The position numbers and the translations under genes were made by a program. This document shows positions 1-12,695 of a DNA stretch of 64,000 bases, piece by piece. Position 1 is the first letter of the stretch. Each line of letters starts with the position of its first letter. The stretch is from Phoronis australis (Eukaryota > Animalia > Phoronida), in the NCBI GenBank assembly GCA_002633005.1, contig NMRA01000695.1:1-64000 (forward strand), read 5' to 3'. The notes beneath the pieces were generated by a model. The model was not told the origin of the DNA. It worked only from the letters and a program-made list of their open reading frames with translations, and did no database searches.

Positions 1-367
1 AATGAAGAAAATTTACTTCATTTTTTAAAGAAAATGGAATCTGAGTGACGACGAAAAAACAGATGCTGCTGGTAAGATGGGAATTTTAATCGAAGCCTTA
101 GTGAATCACTCAGAAATTCGCAATACTCTCTTTGTCAAACCTTATGTTAAGACGATTTCCAAAGCAATCCCGTCATTATTGCCAACACGAAAAACGGATT
201 AATTTTGGTCTTTTGGGCATTTGAAGACTATTTTAAATACGACAAATTTGTTAAGAATCGATGGCACAAAACGTGTAATAAGCATTACAAAAAGAAGTAG
301 GTTTCGCGCGCAAACGCTGTGGACCATAAACAAGTAGGTCTCTTAGTATGAGAGTAGTAGTGAAATC

Positions 368-430
368 GTGGTGGTGTAGTGGTAACGCACGCGCGCTCTG
401 TGCGCAAGGTCGTGAGTTCGAGTCTTTTGA
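368..430 (+). other. Degenerate tRNA-like / SINE head (Pol III A and B boxes)
   Basis: A-box-like GTGGTGTAGTGGT (371-383) and B-box-like GAGTTCGAGTC (414-424) with a GCGCG/TGCGC stem between them. No convincing acceptor stem or 7-nt anticodon loop. Confidence 0.4.
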
Positions 431-1279
431 TACTTGCAGTTTTTCCTGTTTGACACGTTCTCCGTGTTTTTTTTTTGCCTTTTTTTCTTGGATAATACTT
501 CAGGAATCAAGAAAAATGCTTGATTTTTAGAGGTAAAAACAGAAAAATTTCCTGAGCGTGAGGGGGCAAACCCCCTCCCGACCTCCCCCCATTCGGTGCT
601 ATGCGCATCTACAATCGTGGTTCAGTATTCATTCGTTGATTGGTTGAACTCACAGGCAGTTCTTAGAGGCCCGTACAAAAGAAAGGTAGTCACACATCCT
701 TTTGAGAGAAAGATGTCTGATCAGAATCTACATGCAATTATGGCCAACTAATATAACTGGCTACTGATTGCAATTCATAACAAAATTCAAACGTTTCCAA
801 TTAAATGGTTTGTGTCAATTTCCTTAAAATGTGCTTTAATCCCTTTCCATTTTCAGAAACGGCAGGCATAGCTGACGAGTGATCACTGAATAAAATCATG
901 GAGTTGCCAAGGAAAAGGCAAGACACAGAAGAACAAGAACCAAAATTTTTGCCACGCATTGAGCAACATAGCAGACCAATAAGAGCTGTGAATATTGTGT
1001 GTTAACAGTACCCACCAAAAGAAACTGGAAATTAGCATGTGTTCCTACTGGGAAGACAACAACTGGCTTGAATTGTCATACAAAACTACTTTGCCGTCCC
1101 CTTGTGGTCCCTTTTGTAGGGAAAGCGGCCTTGTGTACTCAAAACCTTGCAGGATCTTCATAAAAATTGTTATCCTTTTCCTATCAAGACGGAAACTGGT
1201 TAATTTTTGCATGATTTCTTTCCATCTGCGGAAGCTGTTCCAGTTAAGTTTCCGCCCGTCAAAAAACCAAAGAGTTGAC

Positions 1280-1690
1280 CCTGAGGTGGGAAGATTCAAA
1301 CTGGAGCATAGAAAGTTAGAGTTGGGGCATAGCGAGAAATAGAGACAGTTTGAACTAGAGCAGAGAGGACACACAGAGAAGAGGACACTTGAAAGTGGTC
1401 AGCCCTCTGGCGGTCATTCCGACGCTTTTGTAGCAAGTAGGAAAATTTGGATGATTCCACCATTTGACGAAATTGAAGTCGATAAGTATTTTCAACACTT
1501 TGAGAAGGTAGCCGAGACCTTGAATTGGCCTAGACAATGTTGGTCTATCATGTTGCAAACTGTAGTCAAGGGAAAAGCCCTGCAAGCCTATTCTGTCTTA
1601 TCTATAGAAGACGCGTCTAACTACGAGACAGTGAAACAAGCTATTCTCAAAGCCTATGAATTAGTACCCGAGGCATATAGTCAGATTTAT
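1280..1690 (+). mobile_element. Gypsy (Gmr1-like) LTR retrotransposon gag remnant
   Basis: Coiled-coil segment with one in-frame stop, then IPPFDEIEVDKYFQHFEKVAETLNWP..W..MLQTVVKGKALQAYSVLSIEDASNYETVKQAILKAYELVPEAY, typical of the Gmr1/SCAN-related capsid. Truncated after PEAY. Confidence 0.8.
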
Positions 1691-2529
1691 GTAGATGTAA
1701 AGAAAATCACTATGACCAAGAAATACTCATTCAGGGACAGTCTGATGGATGCTGTCATTGACAGGGTGGAGGAAGGTAATACTGTTTGAACTTACAATAA
1801 ACATATACCTTGGATATCCCGTCATACATGTAGCATAAACCATTGTTTTGTCAGGAGCGACTTATTAAGTTTGCTGACTTATAACGTTCTTTTCCTTGAG
1901 TCACAAGACACTTATACCTTGTGCAATTAGGCTGGTTAAAATGAACTTCAACATGATTTGACTGTGTGTAAGATAGATTGTTGACCTTTCTCTAAATTAA
2001 CGGACATGTACAAGCCAAGTGGTAAGAGCGTGCCTTCTACAGCTTAGTTTTAACCCTAGTGGCCGGTAATGACAGTAGCCTTTCTAACTCTAATTTATAG
2101 ATGCTTCTGACTGTCTACTTTGATACTCCGTGTTCTCTAACTTTTTATGTGTCACTGTTGAGTGAATGCGCAAGCATTCTGGGAACTCGTTATTGGTGAA
2201 TGTGCATGCACGAAAACTTTGAAAACCTATCAAAAATTAACAATATTCAATGCATGATAAAAATTATCCAGTTGGGGAAAATAAAATTTAAATTACTTTT
2301 GTTTAATGTCAGAGGTTGTACCACGCAAAATTTTGGAAGTTGGCACTAAAGGGCCATTCCATGATGCTGTTGAACTGCCGATTCTACTTTAATTCTTTGT
2401 CGACTTAAAACGAATACAGAAATTATATAAATATGATGGACATCAAAATAAATCGATGTCTCTAACCAAGGAAACTCAACTTGGGCTGGCCGCATTTTAG
2501 TGGCTGGCCCAATCTGGAGAATGTGAATC

Positions 2530-2590
2530 TATAGACTGAAGAGGGGTGACCTGATTGAAGTGTACAAATTTTCCAGGGTTTTGACCCTGT
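2530..2590 (+). mobile_element. CR1/L2-type LINE ORF2 C-terminal fragment
   Basis: AGAGGGGTGACCTGATTGAAGTGTACAAA reads RGDLIEVYK, the motif near the 3' end of CR1 ORF2. Very short. Confidence 0.5.
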
Positions 2591-2599
2591 TTCTGCTAT

Positions 2600-3215
2600 T
2601 GACCAATGCCTGAAACACCATGTACCTCTAAGCAACTGCTGGACACCATCTGAGGCAACTTTGCTGCAAAAATTGCTACAGCTGTAAACCAGAACAAGAC
2701 GATAGGCTTTGTTGGCGATAATCTCAACTTCTCCCAGAGTGTGAGCTACGAAAGGAAAGACAGGGACTCAAAGGTACTGAATTCTTTCAGATCTGCCATC
2801 CTGATTTATGATAAAATGAGTCACTTTGACTCGCTTCCTAACACCGACCTGCAGCAAAATAACAAGACATTGAAGCCAATTGATCAGCTAATATCAACTT
2901 ATGATGTAGCATATTAACTTGCCAACTTTTAGGCTGTTATGTGAATGGAGGTTGCAAAGAACGCATAGTCTACTTAAAGTTTTTAGATGGACAAATTCTC
3001 ATACTTTTAAATAACGACACAGCTGCTTTAATGGAGAAAACTACCGTCTTACCATTAACTGTCTTGCCAAAAATGAACAAAGTTATGCCGATGTTGTTGA
3101 CATATTAGAATCATATGAGAAAATCTTACGTGATGTATTTGCGAAGGCCGGTTGCAATTTCCATGCTTAAGACGGAGCTAACTGGAGATTGACTGAGAAC
3201 TGACTAGTGAGAACA
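2600..3215 (+). pseudogene. DUF6589-like (transposon-associated) pseudogene
   Basis: Reads SKQLLDTI*GNFAAKIATAVNQNKTIGFVGDNLNFSQSVSYERKDRDSKVLNSF...LPKNEQSYADVVDILESYEKILRDVFAKAG...GD*L, with stops and frameshifts. The GDNxxF, KNE..DIL and GDQLT-like motif order is recalled for DUF6589. Confidence 0.55.
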
Positions 3216-4007
3216 TTGAAGCTATCAATAACACGCCATGTGAACAAATCGGAATAAAGAAGTTGTTGGGACTGGCACATTTTTATTACCGAATTTTCTA
3301 GTGTTTCTAGTCCACTATGGATTTTACATCTGTCAAATCCGAGTGTGTGTCTAAACATGATAATTCACTGAACTTAAAACAAGCATATCCATGACTCCAA
3401 TTATGGTGCCTTTCAGAGGGGACGCGAAAACAACTACCACGACTGATGAGCCTCCCGTTCCCTGGAAGGCCCCATGTTGTAATACTGCAACACAATTTTT
3501 GATAATCTATACCTAATAATATTAATGATTGTGCACAATCCGTGTGTTGGATTCCAATTCAATTTTCACTTTCAAATTGAAAAATGAAATACGGACTTGT
3601 CAACATTCCACGTATCAATTTTGTCATCTTACCAAGGACGCTTTACAACCAATCACAGCGCTGCTTTTCTAGACAATCCTGATTGGCTGAAAAAAGGGAG
3701 CTGCATTCAACCCAGATTCTATATCAAAATTTGGCCACCAGGCGTATTCAGTATCACCTTTGAACAATACTTGCTTGTTTCATCATAGTTTAATACAAGG
3801 TTGCCTTCGAAAGCAAAAAGCACAATGTCAGAGAAAATGACATGAATCAAGGAAGAATTGTGCAGGTGTTAAGTGTTAAGTATAATTTTAAACTTGTTAC
3901 TGAATAATTATGAAAAAATTTCGTAGCTTTTGATGATGCAACAGAAAAAACAATGACTATGAGCACACTACAGGCATAAACTTGTTGCTAGGTAAACGTG
4001 CCAAGGA

Positions 4008-4433
4008 GTGCTCGCGTACTGTAACCATAAAATTTTTGGAACTGGAGTTCCGTACTCGAAACTGGGGCATCAAAACGCTGAGAGAAACACTGAATATTGT
4101 AGAGAGGCAACCAATTCCATCGGATTAATAATAGCTCTCGGACCCCCAGGAACGGGGAAGACAACAGCATCAGTTGCAGCTCTCTCGGTTATTGGCAGGA
4201 GAGGAGCAGTTTTCCAGACGTTGACAGCTGCAAGGCTAAGGAAAGACTTGTCAATCTCCAATCTACCTTTTGTAAATAATAATCTGGATGATGAAGTACA
4301 GCTCAGAAACCTGTCAATGATGGTATTTGACAATCCCAAAGTGGCAGACAATAAGAAGCAGTTGTGTGCCATGACTTCTCCACTGGTAAGGGTTAATCCA
4401 CTCATAATGAGGCTGCTATGGAAGCACGAGTAA
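4008..4433 (+). pseudogene. P-loop NTPase/helicase fragment, copy 1
   Basis: Walker A IALGPPGTGKTT followed by ALSVIG..TLTAARL..SNLPFVNNNLDD (Walker-B-like). No upstream domain or credible start. Confidence 0.6.
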
Positions 4434-4895
4434 ACCTTTCATGCCTTTGTCTCATTGAATGTGTGTTAAACACATTCGAGATCCATTCATTCAGCATAAC
4501 TTAATACAATGATTCTTTCCAATGGTGTTCACGCTACAAAAACTATCTGATATTCACACACCCTGATGTGCATATTCCTCAAATTTCAAACTTCCATCAA
4601 ATATGTTACTAATAAGAGCCAACATCATTTGTCTTGCTATGAATCTTTGACAGCACACAGTCACAGACTGCAATGAGGCAATGGACGTATTGAGATGTAC
4701 TGCAATTTGTTTTAAAGCAAATAATTTTAAGGATTTGACTGTCTTTTTCCAGGGTCATTGAAGGTCTCTTTTAGTCTAAGATTGGGCTATATGATAAAAA
4801 ATTTTCAACTTCATTTAAATATCTTTCATCTTTCATTACTGTTGCTCATAGTCAGCTAATTGAAATAACATTGATTAGATAATGTTACATTTTAG

Positions 4896-5548
4896 GCTCA
4901 TTCATTGACTGAAAAGGAGTTGAAGGAGGCACAACCTAAAGAAGCTCCATCTGAAACTACAATCATGTTGTATAAAGGAATGAGCACCAACATTGCCATG
5001 TCCAGGGATGGTGACTGTTGGAACCCAGACAAAACCAATGTAATCACCCAATCCCCCATCTAAGTGAGCAGCTCAGTGTTGTAATGGCAAATCTCCGAAG
5101 TGTGTTGCACCTTGCTGCAATCAACCTGTGCATCTCTCACTGAGGAGGAAGAAAACAGCAGTGACAGCTCTTCAGAACCTTTGTCTCAGGAGACTATATA
5201 CCAACCAGATAATAATGACATGGACAGTGAGAAAGAAGACAACTTTTCAATGGAAGATGAAACGGTTGACAGTACCTTCAACAACTTTCAGTACTTGATG
5301 TTCGGTTCAGCATTGAAAGAATTGTTTGTTAAATGTATTGTTGACGCTAATTGCTATACTCCAATTGTAGGGCTGGACGTTAAATATAAAGGAACTTTGT
5401 TGGTCATTCTGGCCACGTGCATCAAGAACCACACTTATGTGTGTAAAAGCCAGCCAGTGATCAGACAATCAGACATGGGGAACATCATAGGGGCAGGATC
5501 CGTGCTGTTTTCAGGGAACACATTCACTACAATATCAGAGATTGCGGA
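4896..5548 (+). pseudogene. Kolobok-type (THAP-associated) transposase N-terminal fragment, copy 1
   Basis: Splice acceptor at 4895, acidic linker with VGTQT, then YLMFGSALKELF..C....C....KGTLL..ATC...H....SQP.....GN....SVLFSG. The DGRxDSPG catalytic part is missing. Confidence 0.55.
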
Positions 5549-7391
5549 ACCTAACATGATTTTGCATTTGAATGAACAGCTACAATTGAATGGAGTTTTT
5601 GTATTAACTCTTACCTTGCCTCAGTCAAAGTGAAGTTTGTTGAAATAACCTCATTTTGGCTAAGCTAGTTTTTCTTGAACGGTACCATCTTTCTCATCAT
5701 GTGACATTAATTACCAAACTGGTTTTGTCTGTGGGTTCTTATAACTCGTTTAGAGTTCCTAACATAAATCACTGTCCTAACATCATCGTCATCCTACTAT
5801 TATCAAAGCATATCAGAGTTCTCTCGAATGGTTTTGGAACCTTTCACTGTGTGCAGGCTCCTCTGCCATGACTGCATAGCTTGACAAGGCCAGCAACAGC
5901 GTGGCATCATTCTTGAGGCTAGAGGGCAAACTGAGGAAGAAAATCAGAGATGGTCAATTTGGCAAGTTGGCACCCAAAGTAAAGTGTGCGCTGCCTGAAA
6001 ACCCAGTAGCTGACCGCCTCAGCCAAACTGAGGCTCTTGACCTACTGTGTACCGAAGTGGTATGTCATGCTTTCTATGCATCATGGCAATTGAAGGACAC
6101 TTTCACTAAACTTTGATTGGCTGATGTCTCAATTGTATCCTTGTCTTCGTAGAAATGAAAAATAAAATTCTTAATACTTACTTACATGTTATTTTAGAAT
6201 TTCAAACTTCCATCAAATATGCTTAAGAGCCAACAATATCTTGACATTCGACATGCTTGTCAACAAAGTTAACATGCATTTAAAGAGAAAATGCTTGCAC
6301 CAATTTCATTACCTTGCATAACCTTCAACTTATCATCCTACACTCACTTTTAACACATTGTGAAGGTTAACAGACAGCATATGAGAAACATTATAACATC
6401 TCTAAATACAATCACAAGACACCAAAATTGCTCTAACAGTGTATTTCGTTACCACCAGTACTTGAAGGATAAGGATATGATTTGAACAAAACTTAACAAC
6501 TATTTTAAGGACTCCAAGACTGTTTTATCAGAAGTGATGACCATACCTATAAAGTTTTCATGTAAATTTGTTGAAAGTTGCCAAATTCCTAGGAGAAATG
6601 AGTAAAAAAGAAGTGTGGTTAATTTTTCCAAGGACATGATGCCATGGATTCAAAATTTCAAAGTACTTTTAAATGACGTGGACTGCTATTCACAGGTGGT
6701 CAAGCACATCGATATGGTGCTGGAGAACAGTTTTGCGACACAGGTATGTAACATTTCCGTATTGTACACTCAAGATTACAACTATGTCTGCTACCAGACA
6801 AGAACTCCAGTAATTCATTTGAACAAACAGGTTAAAACATTTGAAACCTCAATTTCAAACTGCATAACAAAAGGAATTCACAATGAGTTGCTGGAATACT
6901 CAAGAATTTTGAAAGCACTGTCTTGCCAAGAAATGTGTATATTTAGAACAGTCATTCAAAATCAATACATATTTTAAAAGTGATCACTGTCAGCAGAGTG
7001 TCAAAGTTTCCCATGCACAAATACTGTGTATTTGAACTTCCACACTGAATCAGTAATCTTCGTCATAAAACACCACTTTAAGGGAAGCAAACTAATTGTG
7101 AAGACGGTTTCGCAATAAGGACCCGTGAACATGTGTCCCTTCTTACAAAGCTGGGTATCGGGAAAGCCCAAGAAAAGAATATAAGAAAAAAAGCAGAACC
7201 GCTTCGCAATGCATTAAAAATACATGAAGTGTACTGACAAAGAAATTTTTAACATCATTTTGATGCAGTTAATTAGACCACTTCGTAATTTTTATGTTTA
7301 GGCAACAATAGGGAGAGCGATCAATATTCAGTTTGATGAAGATTTTGCAGTTCAATTTAATTACCAGCAAATTTGGAATCACTTTGTGATT

Positions 7392-8365
7392 AGTCGAAGT
7401 GCTCTGCAATCTATGAGAAAATTAGACAGCACACTATAACTTATCTTTTATTAGGTTCCTCCCATTCATTCCTTTGCAAAACAGATCTACTCATGTGGCA
7501 TACAAGACCAGCAACCAAGAAAACAACTGCTTTTATAACAGCATAAGTTTGATATAGTATAGGAGACACAGAGGCGAAATTCATGAGATTGGTCACCACC
7601 TTGAGAGGAATTCTGTCACTTGACAGCGTGATCAAGCAGGTAAAATATTGCACCTTAAAAACAAAAAGACTGAATAAGTCGAAGTGCTCTGTTATCTAAT
7701 ATGTGAAAATTAGACAGCACACTATAATTTTTATTTTTTATTAGGTTCCTCCCATTCATACCTTTGCAAAACAGATCTAATCATGTGGCATACAAGACCA
7801 GCAACCAAGAAAACAACTGCTTTTATAACAGCTGAAGTTTGATATAGTATAGGAGAGACACAGAGGCGAAGTTCATGAGATTGGTCACCACCTTGAGACG
7901 AGTTCTGTCACTTGACAGCGTGATCAAGCAGATAAATATTGCACCATCAAAACAAAAAAAGACTGAATAAGTCGAAGTGCTCTGCTATCTATGTGAAAAT
8001 TAGACAGCACACTATAATTTTTATCTTTTATTAGGTTCCCCCATTCATACCTTTGCAAAACAGATCTACTCATGAGGCATACAAGACCAGCCACCATGAA
8101 AACAACTGCTTTTACAATAGCTTAAGTTTGATATAGTATGGGAGAGACACAGAGGCGAAATTCATGAGACTGGTCACCACCTTGAGAAGAGTTCTGTCAC
8201 TTGACAGCGTGATCAAGCAGATAAATATTGCACCATCAAAACAAAAAGACTGTATAAGTCGAAGTGCTCTGCTATCTATGTCAAAATTAGACAGCGCTCT
8301 ATAATTTTTATCTTTTATGAGGTTCCTCCCACTCATACCTTTGCAAAACAGATCTACTCATGTGT
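7392..8365 (+). repeat. ~288-bp tandem array (3.4 units) of a decayed OTU-like exon plus intron
   Basis: Units start AGTCGAAGTGCTCTG at ~7392, 7677, 7970 and 8257. Each has a ttttattag acceptor and reads ...AYKTSHHENNCFYNSLSLI*YGRDTEAKFMRLVTTLRRVLSLDSVIKQ, ending at CAG|gtaaa (mutated to ataaa in some units). Confidence 0.8.
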
Positions 8366-9619
8366 AAATTTGTTGAAAGTTGTCAAATTTCTAGGTGGAC
8401 TGAGTAAAAAAGAAGTGTGGTCATTTTTTCCAAGGACATGATGCAGTGGATTAAAAATTTCCGGGTACTTTTAAACGACGTGGACTGCGATTCACAGGTG
8501 GTCAAGTACATCGATATGGTGCTGGAGAACTGTTTTCCGACACAGGTATGTAACATTTCCGTATTGTACACTCAAGATTACAACTATGTCTACTACCGGA
8601 CAAGAAATCCGGTAATTCCTTTGAACAAACAGGTTAAAACATTTGAAACCTCACTTTCAACCTGCATAATAAAAGAAATTCACAATGAGTCAATGCCAAG
8701 TATGATCACACATTGTGTCAAAGTTTCCCATGCACAGAAACTGTATTAACTTCACACTAAATCAGTAATCTTCGTCAACTAGTTGTGAAGACGCTTTCGC
8801 AATAAGGACCCGTGATCATGTGTCCTTTCTTACAAAGCTGGGTATCGGGAAAGCCCAAGAAAAGAATATAAGAAAAGAAGCGGAACTGCTTCGCAATGCA
8901 GCCGCATAAATGAAAGTACATACTCCAGGCAGTACAAATACATGAAGTGTACTGGCTATGAAATAAAGCCTGTTCCTGAGGAAACATGTGGATGTCATAA
9001 AATCCGGTCAGCCAGATCTCATGGTCGTTGACAGCTGCAAGGCTATGCAAAGACTTTTCAATCTCCAATCTACCTTTTGTAAATAATGATCTCGATGATG
9101 AAGTGCAGCTTAGAAACCTTTCAACAATGGTGTTTGACAATGCCAAAGTGGCAGACCATAAGAAGCAGTGAATCAGTAATCTTCGTCATAAAACACCATT
9201 TTAAGGGAAGCAAACTAGTTGTGAAGACGCTTTCGCAACAAGGACCCGTGAACATGTGTCTCTTCTTACAAAGCTGGATGCCCGGGAAAGCCCAAGAAAA
9301 GAATATAAGAAAAGAAGCAGAACCGCTTCGCGATACAGCCGAATACACGAAAGTACATACTCCAGGCAGTACAAACACATGAAGTGTACTGGCTATGAAG
9401 TAAAGTCTGTTTCTGCAGTGACATGTGGATGTCGTCAAATCAGTCAGCCAGATCTCATGGTCGTTGACATTTGCAGGGAAGAATTGTGCCGATGTTAAAT
9501 GATAAGTATAATTTTAAAGTTGCTACTGAATAATAATAAAAAACTTTCGTAGCTTTTGATGATGCAACAGAAAAAACAACGGCTATGAGCACACTACAAG
9601 CATAAACTTGTTGCCCGCT

Positions 9620-10071
9620 AGACGTGCCAAGGAGTGCTCGCGTACTGTAACAATAAAATCTTTAGAACAAGGGTTCTATAAAATTCCTCGTACTCAAAAC
9701 TGGGGTGTCAAAACGCTGACGGAAACACTGAATATTGTAGACAGGCAACCAATTCCATCGGATTAACAGTAGCTCGCGGACCTCCAGGAACGGGGAAGAC
9801 AACAGCATCAGTTGCAGCTCTCTCACTTATTGGCAGGGGAGGAATAGTTTTCCAGACGTTGACAGCTGCAAGGCTAAGCAAAGACCTTTTAATCTCCACT
9901 CTACCTTTAGTAAATAATGATCTGGATGATGAAGTACTGCTTAGAAACGTGTCAATGATGGTATTTGACAATCCCAAAGTGGCAGACAATAAGAAGCAGT
10001 TGTCTGGCATAACTTCTCTACTGGTAAAGGCTAATCCACTCATTGTGAGGCTGCTATGGAAGCATGAGTAA
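9620..10071 (+). pseudogene. P-loop NTPase/helicase fragment, copy 2
   Basis: Near-identical to 4008-4433 (RGPPGTGKTT; STLPLVNNDLDD), disrupted upstream. Confidence 0.6.
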
Positions 10072-10529
10072 ACCTTTCATGCTTTTGTCTCATTGAATGT
10101 GTGTTAAACACATTCAAGATCCATTCATTCTGCATACTTAATACAATGATTCATTCCAGTGGTACCACACTACAAAAACTATCTGATATTCACACCCCCT
10201 GATGTGCATATTCCTAGAATTTCAAACTTCCATCAAATATGTTACTAATAAGAACCAACATCATTTGGCTTGCTATGAATCTTTGATAGCACACAGTCAC
10301 AGAATGCAATGAGGCAACGGAGGTATTGAGATGTACTGCAATTCGTTTCAAAGCAAATAATTTTAAGGATTTGACTGTCTTTTTCCAGGGTTAGTGAAGG
10401 TCTCTTTTCGTCTAAGATTAGGCTATAATAAAAGAATTTCAACTTCATTTAAATATCTTTCATCTTTCATCACTGTTGCTCATAGTCAGTTAATTGAAAT
10501 AAGATTGATTAGATAATGTTACATTTTAG

Positions 10530-11178
10530 GCTCATTCACAGACTGAAAAGGAGTTAAAGGAGGCACAGCCTAAAGAAGCTCCATCTGAAACTACAATGTG
10601 TTGTAAAAAGGAATGAGCACCAACATTGCCATGTCCATTGATGGTGACTGTTGGAACCCAGACAAAACCAATGCCATCACCCCATCCCCCTTCTAAGTGC
10701 ACAGCTCAGTGTTGTAATGGCAAATCTCCGAAGTGTGTTGCACCTTGCTGCAATCAACCTGTGAATGCCCCACTGAGGAGGAAGAAAACAGCATTGACAG
10801 CTCTTCAGAACCTTTGTCTCAGGAGACTTCATACCAACCAGATAATGACATGGACAGCGAGAGAGAAGAAGACTTTTCAATGGAAGATGAAGCAGTTGAC
10901 AGTACCTTCAACAACTTTCAGTACTTGATGTTCGGTTCAGCATTGAAAGACTTGTTTGTTAAATGTATTGTTGACACCAATTGCTATGCTCTGATTGTAG
11001 GGCTGGAGGTTAAATATTAAGGGACTTTGTTGGTCATTCTGGCCACATGCATCAAGCACCACACTTATGTGTGTAAAACCAAGCCAGTGATCAGACAATC
11101 AGACATGGGGAACATCATAGCGGCAGGATCCGTGCTGTTTTCAGGGAACACATTCACCACAATATCAGAGATTGCGGA
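10530..11178 (+). pseudogene. Kolobok-type transposase fragment, copy 2
   Basis: Same module as 4896-5548 with a stop at 11018-11020. Confidence 0.55.
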
Positions 11179-12695
11179 ACCTAACATGATTTTGCATTTG
11201 AATGAACAGCTACAACTGAATGGAGTTTCTGTATTAACACTTACCTTGTCACAGTCAATGTGAAGTTTGTTGAAATAACCACATTTTCCCATTGAAGTCG
11301 CTGGTATTAACCTGGTTTAAGATTTGGCTAAGCTAGTTTTCCTTGAACTGTCCAATCTTTCTCATCATGTGAATTGTATGACGTTACTTACCAAACTGGT
11401 TGTGTCTGTTGAGTTCTTATAACTCGTTTAGAGTTATAAGTTCATAATATAAATCAGTGTCCTAACATCATAGTCATCCTTCTATTATCAAAGCATAACA
11501 GAGTTCTCTCGAATGGTTTTGGAACCTTTCACTGTGTGCAGGATAAAGGGTAGCATGCAGGACTTCTCAGCCATGATTGCATAGTTTGACAAGGCCAGCA
11601 ACAGCATGGCCTCATTCTTGAGGCTAGAGGGCAAACTGAGGAAGAAAATCAGAGATGGTCGATTAGGCAAGTTGGCACCCACAGTCAAGTGTGCGCTGCC
11701 TGATGACTCAGTAGCTGACCGCCTCAGCCAAACTTATGCTCTTGACCTTCTATGTACCGAAGTAGTATGTCATGCCCTCCATGCATCATGGCAATTGAAG
11801 GACACTTTCACTAAACTTTGATTGGATGATGTCTCAATTGTATCCTTGTCTTCGTAGAAATGAAATATAAAATTCTTAATACTTACATGTTATTTTAGAA
11901 TTTCAAACTTCCATCAAATATGCTTAAGAGCCAACAATATCTTGACATTCGACATGCTTGTCAACAAAGTTAACGTGTATTTAAAGAGAAAATGCTTGCA
12001 CCAATTTCATTACCTTACATAACCTTCAACTTATCATCCTACACTTTTAACACATTGTGAAGGTTAACAGACAGCATACGAGAAACATTAAAACATCTCT
12101 AAATACAATCGCAAGACACCAAAATTGCTCTAACAGTGTAATTCGTTACCACCAGTACTTGAAGGATAAGGATATGATTTGAACAAAACTTAACAACTAT
12201 TTTAAGGACTCCAAGACTGTTTTATCAGAAGTGATGATCATCCCAATGAAGTTTTCATGTAAATTTGTTGAAAGTTGCCAAATTCCTAGCTGGAATGAGT
12301 AAAAAAGACGTGTGGTCATTTTTTCCAAGGACATGATGCAGTGGATTCAAAATTTCCGGGTACTTTTAAACGACGTGGACTGCGATTCACAGGTGGTCAA
12401 TACATCGATATGGTGCTGGAGAACTGTTTTCCGACACAGGTATGTAACATTTCCGTATTGTACACTCAAGATTACAACTATGTCTACTACCAGACAGGAA
12501 ATCCAGTAATTCCTTTGAACGAAGAGGTTAAAACATTTGAAACCTCAATTTCAACCTGCAAAACAAAAGAAATTCACAATGAGTTGCTGGAAAACTCCAG
12601 AATTTTGAAAGCACCGTCTTCCCAAGAAATGTGTATATTTAGAACAGTCATTCAAAATCAATACATATTTTAAAAGTGATCACTGTCAGCAGAGT

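Noticed and set aside
368-430. Functional tRNA gene
   Set aside because: No acceptor stem and an abnormal anticodon loop. Kept only as a degenerate Pol III head.
2010-2075. tRNA-like A box AGCCAAGTGGTAAGAGCG
   Set aside because: No recognisable B box or cloverleaf.
3237-3252. CATGTGAACAAATC resembling the right junction of the OTU element
   Set aside because: Too short, with no adjacent TIR or hAT sequence. Compatible with chance.
4070-4405. Minus-strand ORFs over the mosaic (also 9708-10043, 8112-8336, 15286-15510)
   Set aside because: Antisense shadows of plus-strand coding remnants.
7392-8365. CRISPR-like or simple satellite interpretation
   Set aside because: Eukaryotic context and whole units repeat without unique spacers. 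The exon-intron origin explains it.
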